Below, one piece after another: positions 45,721-56,500 of a stretch of 64,000 nt of DNA. The stretch lies in the NCBI GenBank assembly GCA_964270895.1, contig OZ185436.1; one strand, 5' to 3'. Every line of letters begins with the position of its first letter. Position 1 is the first letter of the stretch. The notes beneath the pieces were generated by a model that saw nothing but the letters and a program-made list of their open reading frames with translations, had not been told where the DNA came from and did not search any database. A program made the translations under genes and the position numbers. This DNA comes from Podarcis filfolensis (Eukaryota).

Positions 45721-47525
45721 AATGAATGGTTTTGTTTGTACCAATATTCCCCCAAGTAAATAAATCAGATTCTATGCATCCTTGGATCTTTTTCAGTGGC
45801 TGTCTGGACACAGTTCAAGGAAGCTGCCGACCTTATAAAGCCCTTAATGCAGAGGTGGGGAAACATTTTCAGCTCAAGGCTCACACGTCTTTTGGGTGGA
45901 GCAAAATATGCGACTCTTTTCTTTGTACAGTCCAGTCCCACAGTCAGGTCTCTACACTTGCATCTCTCTAGCCCAAGCAGGCAAGAGACATTATCACAGT
46001 TGAACGACATTCCAACCAGCAAAAGAGATGAAGGTGTGGAGTGCGGCTGGGGGAGAATCCTAAGGGCCAGTTAGAGATATCTAGAGGGCCACATCTGGCC
46101 TCCAAACATAAGGCTTCCTACCCCTACCTTAATGCCTTAGTCCAAGGGTAGTCAATGTGATGTTCTCCAGATCGTAGAAGGGTCATCTAGTTCAACCCCA
46201 TGTTGCTGGGCTGCAAGTCCCATCATCTCTGTTGGCCCTACTGGCTGGGGCTGATGGAACTTGGAGCCCACCAGCTTCTGGAGGTCACCTTGTTGGCTAC
46301 CCCTGGCTTAGATGCTACATATATCAAAGGCTTCTTTCTTGTCAGTTTTGCCATGAAAGAGCACTTTCTTACATTGGGCATGAACAGGAAAGGAACACAG
46401 AGGCATTCACAGTGGAATTCCTGTCCGGTAGAAGTCCATGCCAGGAGGCTTTGCAAAAGAGTGGTCAAAACCTTCCTCTTTGAGCTGGACTGGCATTCAA
46501 CAGCCGGAGGTCAAGCAGGCATGGGTATTTATAACTAGCTGGGTTTTGAAAGGAAAAAAAAAGTTATTTTTCACTGTTGTTACCTGCACTTAGCCGTTCC
46601 TGAAAAAGGGCAGGATAAATAATGCTGCAATAAATAATTTTTCTGAGACTGTGCCAGTTTTCAGCAATTAGGACAGCTGGCTGTTCAGAGGTTTGCCCCA
46701 CTAGCTCCTTCCGTAAATGCCACCAACATCAGTTCAGATTGCCCAAGTGAACTGTTTTCCTAGCCTTTGGCCTTTCCCCATCCTTGTTTTTGTCAGCACT
46801 GAATGTCTCATCACCATTTCCTTCTTGGTGAAGCAGAAATACATATTGAGCAATTCTGCCTTAAAAGCACAAACAAGCAACACTCCACCTTTCTTGTTTG
46901 GAGCTGAGCCACAAATCCACTGTACCTCCCTCTGTTGCTTTGGCTACTAGTATCGATCCACGCTTCTCCCCAACCCCATAACTATAGCTTGGTCTGTGCC
47001 CGTCCTTTTCTGATTTTCTCCCATTATCTTTATGCTACACAGGTCCTGGCGAACCTGTTTTCCCTTCTGCTATAATTTCATCTTGCGACGTTAGACTGCT
47101 AAAACATATCCTTAGCACATTACTTTACCTTCACATCCCATTTCAACAAGCTGGATGTGAGCTGGAAGGTGACACAGCACCCTTCTACCCCTCCCCCTCT
47201 TTTGCCCAGAGGGATGACATGAGGGCAAAGTGCCTCTTGCTTCTTACACATGCCCTTCTGGGAGGCCTTCAGCTCTGGCATGCACTGTGGCCACATTCCA
47301 TTCCGCGTCAGCTTCTCGTGCTTCCGGGGACATCAGGTTGTTGTTGATGGTAACCCCAGGCTGGTTCTGCAAGGAACTTGCCCCACCCCCTGGATGACAG
47401 CAACAAGTCGTGTCATTCTCACTAAGCCCACGAGAAGGCAACGGGTAGAAAGAGGATGGTATAGAATACAATGAGTGTGGTAGTAGCTCTCTGGTTCCCA
47501 ACTTTCCCTTTAATGCCATGCCATG

Positions 47526-47526
<1 letters not shown>

Positions 47527-47558
<32 letters not shown>
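47527..47558. repeat. (CA)n microsatellite
   Basis: Read directly. Confidence 0.9.
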
Positions 47559-47560
<2 letters not shown>

Positions 47561-50319
47561 GGGACTGCACTCCCCTCCCATGTCTGGAAATAGAATCCAG
47601 GAAACTTGAATGCTGCTCCCCATCACCCAGCTAGACGTCTCGGCTCCCTGACTCACAGACCCATTTAGAGCTCCTTCCACCTGCTGTTTTCCTGGCTCCC
47701 TGTCCCCATCATCACTGGGCTCTGCCTTGGCTTCCTGATATGGGATGGGAGCTTATTGCCTGTATCCCAGTCTCATTCATCCCCAACTAAGCAAAAGTTA
47801 GATTATGAAATGAAAAAGTCTCCTTTTTCTCCCAGTCCCTGACTATTCACCTGTCTTAAAATACACCTTCCCCATTCCCGCAATGATCCGCCATTTGCAA
47901 TGATACAGGGCAATTTATCACTTCTTTTTTAGGAACATGAGAAGTATAAAACTAAAACTGACCTTTTAATATTTTAAATGAAAGTATTTGAGATGCAACA
48001 ACTGAAATGGACAGGGCAAATCTTTCTTCATGTCTTGATCCTTAATGCATGCAGCCATACACCACAGCATCTGGACTTTTTCTTTTGCCAATGCATTTTA
48101 CTAGTTTGCATAAAGAACTTGATTTCCCCGCTCTAAGTGTCTCTTTCACTGAAACGCCTTTGAAGAAGCTACATGCAAAAATGAAGAATGCCAGCCAGCA
48201 ATTCTACTTTCTTCACCAGACCCTTGATGATAAGAGAAAAAATTCCCCCTGTTCAAAACCCTTTTCTCTGTGCCACCTCTTATATTGCATCTCAGTCCAC
48301 AGGGCTGATGCAGAGATTCTGTTGGTCATTTGAGTTCAATTGTGACCATTTGCACATGGTCCCATTCTAATCCAAACACTCCCTTTCTTCCTTATAATCA
48401 ACTCCTACTGACCAGGGCAGGGAATAAGGGCTCTCTATAGCCCACTTTCTTCTGAGTCACCTTGACCTTTTCAACTGTGGCTGAACGGTTGAGGGCCAGC
48501 ATTCTTCAGAGAAAAAGTTGAATCCCACATCCTGCTCCCATGAGCTCCCTTGTTTGGCTTGCCTACAGTTTTACTCTCATTATGTCCAGTCTGAAGTATC
48601 CACTAGAACCCCAGCAAGGCCAGAACCCACATACAGAATGCTTGGAGTTTCACAGCCCACATAGTGACAGCTGTATTGTGAGCAGCTGGCAACAGCAGCA
48701 ATGTTCAGTGGCCTGGGCCCTTCTACTGGCTCTTGCTTGGTAGGCCATCCTATTTTCTCCCTTATTCACACTCCTGTATGCCATATCAGCTTGATGCCTC
48801 CAGGAGAAAGTCAAAACAAACACACAAGCTAACAAAATTGTTTTTTCTGTATCACAGATCTGGGGCAGCAAAAGATGTCAACAGACTCTTAATTTATCGA
48901 CAGGTCCCTGGGACTGTAGAGCTCAAGGGAGGCAAACTATGGCTCCTGCTAAGAGACCCAGGGCCACTGCACTCTTGCCTCCCATGAAGAACATCATGGC
49001 GAGGAGACCAGCCTGGCCCCATCCACTGGCCTGCACAACAGCTGCTCCATTGCTTGTTTTCCTCTTCCCTTCCCATTCCTTTTTCCTTTTGCATCATGAC
49101 ATTGTGAGTCTACAGGCAGGGACTGTAATATTCTTATAGATACACAAGCACACATATGCATAGTGCTTAGAAAAATCTTAAGCATTATGGTTTAATTATT
49201 CAGAACAACTAAACCAAGTGAGCAAGAATTTTTCCCATTTTTTAGAGTCACTAAAATAGTAGCCGCTTATAGATTAGGATTTAAATCCAAGCAACAGAGC
49301 AGAGGGATAAAGAGACGACAGCAGCACTATGATTTGTTGGCTACGGGAGGTTATTGCTTGTAACTCACACAGCTTTCTCCCTTCAATTTCTCCACAAATT
49401 AACATATATGCAAAGGGGGAAAACCCTCTTAAAAACTCCCGAAAGAAAAAATGTTCATCCACACAGATTTTTATATCTGTTAGTATCACCTTAATGACCT
49501 CAAATCTATGTTCTCTCAAGAATGGTGCAATTCATTTAGCACCCTCCTGCTACAGAAGTTGCATGTGGGACTAATTCAATTTCTGTTGGGGGAGGTTTAG
49601 AGATTTGTTGTTTTTTATCTAACAGCTTTCTTCATCTCCCCCCTTTACACTTGTTTCCAGTGGGAAATCCCTTTTCTCAAATTAGGGGGTGGGGGACTTG
49701 GGGCTTTCCAGATGTTTTTTCCACTAACTCCCATCAGCTATAGACAGTGTGGCCAGTGGCCACAAATGATGGTAGTTGCAGTCCAGCAACAGTGCCAAAG
49801 TGACTTGCATTGGCATTGAGAAAGGGAAGCCTAAGTTGGTCCCCTGTTCAGCTATGGGGCTCACTAGGCGGCCACGGACAAGGCACTATCGCTCAGCTGC
49901 TTCAAACATTTCACAGGCCTGTTGTCCCGTGAAAGGAAAGGAAAAATCAGTTGTATAGCAGCAGCCAACAGTTGCTGTACATAAGCTTATCCATCCTTTG
50001 TACAAAACTCTGTAACAAAAGGAACCTTTGAAAAACAGGATAATAAATTATCCTTTCAACACCAGACAACGGGAACATGGAGGTGTTGAGGTTGGAAAAC
50101 AAGCCAAAAAATAGTTTCATTGCGACTGGCAGAGCTCCGTCTGCAATAGTTTCAGTTACCGGCAGCGATAACCGTTGTGGAAAAGTTAACCTTATTTTTT
50201 TTTACCAAACCCCAGAGTCCTGTAACATGTTATGTGTCTCACATTCCCCCGCAGGACATGTGGGTTGCTCTCACGGGCCAACCCCGTCCGACCTCGGCCC
50301 GCTGGGTTTTGCGGATCTG

Positions 50320-50910
50320 CTGCACCCTGGGACATTCCCAGCCCCAAAGCATCACCCCCTTCCTTCTTTGGCTGGAAATCGACACCGTCCAAGGCCCTTT
50401 GCCTGGTAACGTGGGCGGGGGTTCCCGGAATGGAGCCCTACCAGAAACGCGTCACTAGGCAGAAACTGACCATATATGGCCATCTTCCTCTGCGTCAGCG
50501 CGAAAAGCCCCCTCCTTTTTACCCCGGAGGCTCCACCCACTGGAGCTGAAGTCAGAACTTGTGAGATCAAGGAAATGAAGCTCGGCGTGTGGGAGGCCGC
50601 CCCTCGGGGCTTTTGGGCGCACGCCCTCCCCTTCCCGTCCCTCGCTATAGGGAAAGGGAAAGAGGCTCAAGCTGGTTTTCTGAGCACCAGCGCTTTCGCA
50701 TCAAGGCTCCGAGTCTGACATCAAAGGAAAGTGGGGCGCGGCGAGGGAGGGGCGGGAGAACAGTCCCCCAAACCCGGGAAATGACGTGAAGCGGAGAGGG
50801 GAACAAGGCACAACAGTAGCGCAGCACATTCAAAAGGCCTAGATCCGATTGGTTAGGGAAAACATCGGAGGGGGGGGGTCGCAGTTAGAGACAACAGAGA
50901 TGACGTGCCT
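50320..50910. promoter_or_regulatory. JUNB downstream enhancer (CRE-CArG-CRE, kB, STAT)
   Basis: CCATATATGG at 50470-50479, TGACGC-type sites at 50448-50454 and 50491-50497, kB-like sites at 50329 and 50417, TTCCCGGAA at 50422-50430, TGACGTG at 50782 and 50901. The patch is CpG-rich. Confidence 0.7.
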
Positions 50911-51905
50911 AAATTATCGTAGGTTTATAGGGAAATAACCCAGTAAGGAGTTAAAGACACACGCAGGGAAGGCGAAGGGCCAGCTACCGGTAGGAGGGCT
51001 ATTAGGTTTGGTTACATCTTGGCAACAACTTTCCTCTCCCATCCCTCTAAACTTTAACTTCAAGAAAAGAAGAGCAAGCGAGTTAAAACTGCCCCTAAAG
51101 AAACTGAGAGGCTGTTAAAAAAAACAACAGCTACAAATAAAAGTCTGATTTTCCCGATATAACCCCCCCCCCAAACAACTTGTAAAATAATCTCTAGGAG
51201 AGGAGACAGCAGATTAAGAGGCACACAACGGAAATTAGTTAGAACATGTTTACTTAAATAGCTTCAATAAAAAGTCAAAAACACAAATACAATCTTTTGA
51301 AGAAAAAAAAAACTGAATTTGAGGACTCAAAAGAAATTAAGAGCACAAGTAGTAAACAATCCTCTCCCGCTCCCCTTTCCCCCAGTGACCCCTTTTGTCC
51401 GTACAGTGGCCTCCTGGGAGGGAGAGAGGTGCTGAGGTTTCATCCCTTCCCTGCCATCCTCTGTTCTGGTCCCTTTTGTTTCAATTATAAATTAAGCGAT
51501 CATCTCCTTTTTCTACTGGCACAAGGAAGAGATCAGAAGGCCAGTTTCTGGCTCTGTCCAGAGTACCTCCAGTTCCACTGCACCAGCCAGCGACGCAGCA
51601 GAAGGGGTGGAAAAAAGGCTTTTGTTTTTTCTTTTAAATACACTCACGCACGAAATCACTCTCACATACAGATATATATAAAAAAAACCTCTTACACACA
51701 CTCAGCACAGACCGGAGTTCTGGATCCACCAGACTGAGAGTCACAGACATAACAACTTGGAAAACAGGACTTCAGGAACAGAAGAGTTGGGAACTGGGCT
51801 CGTCAGTCCGGTTCCGTGTAAACTTTTGCATTACAAGTCCCCTCTTTCTCTTCTCCCCACCCCACCCGCCAAAAAGGTCTTTGAGACGGCAGGGATCGCC
51901 GCCCA

Positions 51906-52871
51906 TCAGAAGGACTGTTGCATCTTGGCCGTCAAGAGGAGCTGGCAGCCGTTGTTCACGTGGTTCATGACTTTCTGCTTGAGTTGCGCTACCTGGTCCC
52001 GCAGCGCGCTGGCCGTGTTGGACAGTCCCGCGTTCTCGCTCTTCAAGGTCTTCACCTTGTCCTCCAGCCTAGCGATGCGCTCCAGCTTCCTCTTCCTGCA
52101 CTTGGTGGCGGCCAGGCGGTTGCGCAGCCGCTTCCGCTCCACCTTGATGCGCTCCTGATCTTCCATGTTGATGGGCGACACGGGCGGGCTCTGCATATCC
52201 GGCACCGTCTGGGGCTCCTCTTTGAAGCCTCGCGAAGGGTGCGGCAAGGCCAGGCCGTGCGGCTGCGGCATGTAGCTGAGGTTGGCGCTGGGGTAGCTGG
52301 ACGTGGTGCTCAGCGTGGCCGAGGGGTTGTAGCTGGTCAGGTTGGTGTAGACGGGAGGCGGCTCCTGCGGGAGGGAGGCCCCGTAGCCGCTGCTGGCCGA
52401 CGAGGCCGCCGCCGCTGCTGCCGCCGCCGCCGCCACCGCTCCGATGGAGACATTGGGCGGCGGCATGTGGTTCATCTTGTGCAGGTCGTCCAGCGCCTTG
52501 ACGAAGCCGTCGGCGAAGCCTTCTTGCTCCTCGGTGGCCCCGCGCGGGTAGTAGTACTGGCCCGGCGGCGTCGGGGTGGTGGTGATCACCCCGTTGCTGT
52601 TCTGGACGATCAGGCGCTCCAACTCCGGGGCGGCTAGTTTGAGCGACGAGCTCCCGGTGTCGGCCTGTTGCTGCGGCGGCAGCGAGCCCGGGAAGTACCC
52701 GGCGGGGCCGTCCTCTGGGGCGCGGAGGTGGTGCGGCAGCTGGGACTTCAGGCCGCGGAAGGGCTCCGCGGACAGGTTCAGAGCCATGCCCGACTTCAGC
52801 GTCTTGTAGTCCTGCCCGTAGCCGGAGAGAAAGGAGTCAGGGTAGAAAGGCTGCTCCATCTTCGTGCACAT
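51906..52871 (-). CDS. JUNB: Transcription factor JunB (AP-1 bZIP), 321 aa, single coding exon
   Basis: [10 protein letters not shown] start, [36 protein letters not shown], basic region [21 protein letters not shown] and a leucine zipper. A 10-Ala tract lies at 52404-52433. Confidence 0.98.
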   Translation of the reverse strand: MCTKMEQPFYPDSFLSGYGQDYKTLKSGMALNLSAEPFRGLKSQLPHHLRAPEDGPAGYFPGSLPPQQQADTGSSSLKLAAPELERLIVQNSNGVITTTPTPPGQYYYPRGATEEQEGFADGFVKALDDLHKMNHMPPPNVSIGAVAAAAAAAAAASSASSGYGASLPQEPPPVYTNLTSYNPSATLSTTSSYPSANLSYMPQPHGLALPHPSRGFKEEPQTVPDMQSPPVSPINMEDQERIKVERKRLRNRLAATKCRKRKLERIARLEDKVKTLKSENAGLSNTASALRDQVAQLKQKVMNHVNNGCQLLLTAKMQQSF

Positions 52872-53279
52872 CAGCCGCGCGCTGGGAAGGGGTCGCGAAC
52901 CCGGGCTGGGACCGTCCGGGATCGAGCCTTTTCCCTAGCTGCCTCTGCCTAGGGGGCGCCGCGGGTCGAGTCTCTCGCTCCCCGAAACGAGGGCAGCAGC
53001 GCGCTTCCTTCCGCCTCCCTCCCTGAGCTTCACTTCCAGATTTCGGAGAGACACTCACAAGGAAGGAAGGGAGCTCGTCTTTCCGGCGGCTTCTCCAACC
53101 ACCCGCCCTGACTAAGCTCGGCTAGCGGGGATGGTTCACGCGTTGTCTGTCCCCCACCAGAAGGCGCGCCGGCTTCGAGCCCTCCCCGAGAAGCAAAAAG
53201 GAGCAGGTACCGTACCGGCGAAGGGAGAGCGAGAGAGAGCCTCCGGCGCGCGCGCTGGCGATTGCAGGTTTGCGAGTTA

Positions 53280-53500
53280 TCTCAGCTGCAGCGTGCGCTT
53301 CCCGGAGCCTTTTATTGCGGGCAGGCGCTCGGCGGCGGCGGAAGCGAGCCGCCATTGGCTAAGGAGCCCAGAGCGCCTCCGCCCACCGCGGCGCACGCGA
53401 AGGGGGAACTGAGCTCATTGCTCGGCAGCTCGTGCTCCAGTAAACAGCCCCGGGGAGGGGGGAGTTGTAAAGGCGCCCGCGTCAGAGGCTGGGCGGGAGG
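53280..53500 (-). promoter_or_regulatory. JUNB: JUNB proximal promoter
   Basis: On the - strand: TATA-like AATAAAA (53310-53316), Ets-like CTTCCG, AGCCAAT (53354-53360), GC boxes and CRE-like TGACGCG (53478-53484), all in a CpG island. Confidence 0.75.
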
Positions 53501-56500
53501 GAGCCCGGGAGCGAGAGAGAGAGAAGGACGCACGCGGGCCCCGGGGGAAGAGAGGGGGGAAGAGCGCGCCACGCACCAAGCCCTCCAGTGCCACAGCCCC
53601 CCCCACAGGGGCAAGGTTAACATTCAGCCACCGGAAAGGTGGTAAAACAGGCCATGGGCATATAGACGAGCGGTTTTTGACAGCTGGAAGGGCTGGAGGC
53701 GGGAGAGGCCGCTCCAGATTCCCTCTCACAGGTTAAACTCGCAGGGTTGTTGTGAGGGGGTGAAATTCACATAAAGCCCCAGAAGTCAAGCGCAGCTCCC
53801 TGGAAGATACGTGTCAGATAAATATGCCACATTCAGTTGGGATGTCAGCTTCACCTTCCAGGTGAGAGAAGCCCCATCTGATGGTGAGGCAATAGGAGGG
53901 CTTTCTTCATTATCAAATCACAGGGAAGGGCATTTCTTTGGAAGAACTTGTATTATGTTGTATGTATGGCAGTCGCACACATGTAGAAAGGTAATCATTT
54001 GAAACGCCTTCCAGGTAGAAGTTTTTAAACCCAGAACAGTAGCGTCTGACTAGACATATGTACAATAACACACAACCTCTGGACACAGAGTGCTCTTTCT
54101 TATAAGGTCTAACTGCACACATGACATTGACTCAATGTCAGTAACTAAATAAATGTGCAGCCTGAGATGGATTCATGCATAAGTACACAAATACTATAGA
54201 AATATGTACAGAAGAATCTCATTCCAAATGGAGAAGCTGTTTTCACAAACTGCAAACACTTAAATGCCACATTAAGACTTAACCCAAACATAAAGCTGCA
54301 CCCTGCCATCTTCAAAATAAACATACATACAACCTTAAAGAGACTTGTATACTACATTCAAATTCCAGAGGAGAAAAACACCAAAGGCCAGATGTACACC
54401 CAAAGTTCAGAACTGTAAAATTACTCTTATATAAAATCATTAATTACAAGACAACACATCACTTATGTTTATGGCACTTAGCAGAGTTTCAGAAACACAG
54501 TTTCCTGCCCCCAATAATCTTCCAGTCTAAATTTTGACAGCGTGGAAGAAAAGAAGATAGGGGAAGAAAGGCAGGAGGGAGAGGCACCGGTAGCCAAAGG
54601 TGTATGAAAGCAAATGAAGTTACACCTGGTTACAGTTGTTGGGCATGAGAATTAAGGAGTTAAAGACTTAATGGAAAAGGTGAGTTCTGAGGAGGGGCCC
54701 CACAAATACATACACCTAAAGACTCTGATTTGCACAGGTAAACCAATCCTGACCCAACCCATTCACCCACAGTTAGAAGTACAAGGTGCAAAGTGATAAT
54801 CAAGCCCAGTGGCCATACTTTGGGTGGGTCTCGCTTCTTCTACAAACATGAGTATGTATTACATACAGTTCTCTAGCTTCATCTCCTTGCACGTATACAC
54901 AATCACCCAGACGTCTGGGAGAAGCTTCATCACATTCTTCTCCCAGGGTTTAATATATTTAACAAACGATCCATCTCCCTGCAAATATCAGGTATTAGCT
55001 TTAGCTGATCTTTATACATTTTCAAGGGGATGTGAATTGTAAAGAGAGAGAGGTTTATTAATAAGTTATGAGTTGTTTCAGCAACCATAAGTGTGTAAGG
55101 GGAGGGGAGAGAACTTCAGGCATGGGGGCCAAATGCAGCTCTCCAGGCCTCCCTATCTGGCCCTCAGGACTCTCCGCAGACCATGCACCCTCCACACCTA
55201 CATCTCTTCTCCCCAGACCATTCTCTCACTGGCACTGCTTCACACCCTTCTGGAGCATTTTTGCTTGGCTGCCTCTGGTCATTATTGGCATGTGCCCCCC
55301 ATAACATTGCCCAGAAGGGATTGTGGCCCTTGGTGACTGCAACTTGACATTCTGGTAGTCCTAATACATTTCATTTTTGGGACAGTTGCCTTGAATGGAA
55401 TTTACTTTCAGATAAGGATGTAGAAGATTGCACTTCCTCTCAGTAATAGTAATGGTAGAGGGCTAATCATTTTGTCTGATAATTAAACAGCTGTTTCTAA
55501 TAAACGAAACCTCTCTCCCTCCCCCCGTATATAGAGTAAGGAATTCAGTGTCACACTACAGCAATTGTTTCGCCAGCGCAAGCATTTGAGCTTGCTAGAC
55601 GGAATGATTTCCCCTCTTCTTCCCATGCACACTATTCGGGGTGGGGGGAGACCTGATCCACTGGCAGATATCCTTGCATGGGCTTCTGTTAATGGGACTC
55701 ATTAGTTGAATCCCACCCACATATTAATATAAGTTCCTCTCTCTTGTCTCTGAAAACTATGAGTCATTTGCCCGATTCTCATGCACAGTATAATAAAATA
55801 TTCTAGCATGAAATAAAACAACGTATGGGGCTCTTCAAATATAACTTGGACAAAACAAAGAGTAGAAACAATGGTACTGTCAAGCAGTGTTAGAAACTGA
55901 GATATGAAAGCTAGGAGCTAAATGGCACCTTAAACCTAGGTTATGGGCACAACAACGGAATGTCTAGGCACACTTTTTAATAACAAAAATAAAAGCTGAA
56001 AATGAATGAACGACAGCTAAAACATTATATTCATTTTTCACAGGGTCTAGTCCTTCCCCTGCCCACCCCCCTAATATTCTTAAGAGGGTCTCTTCTCCAG
56101 TCTTCAGAGAGTAGCTGGAAGTAGGGAGGCAGAAAAAGGTCCTCCTTTCCTTCCACCCTGCAGTTTTAATCTGAAATCTTAGGCGCTGTACTGCGCCCAG
56201 AGCTCAGAAACTGCTCGTGCTAATGAAATTCCCTGTTGCAAAATTCACCCAGAACAACGGGAGTTTCGAACACTGCTGTTGGGGCAAGAATTTGTAGCAG
56301 AAGAGTAAGGTCCTGCTCAGTAAAAGAACAGCAGGACCTCCAAATGCAATTATGGCCAGCTTGCCACATTTTGAAATAGGTGAAATAATATACATTATCA
56401 TCCGTCGAGCTCCCCCACATACAATTATTAAGTCCAGAGTCTAAAATTACCTAATTGCACCACTGCCTAGAAATGTCCACTGTTCTGCCTGGTCCATGAT

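Noticed and set aside
48591-48987. Two acceptor-flanked exon-like segments on the + strand
   Set aside because: No joined reading frame gives a coherent or recognisable protein.
51918-52637. 239-aa ORF antisense to JUNB
   Set aside because: Shadow ORF produced by the GC-rich codon usage of JUNB.
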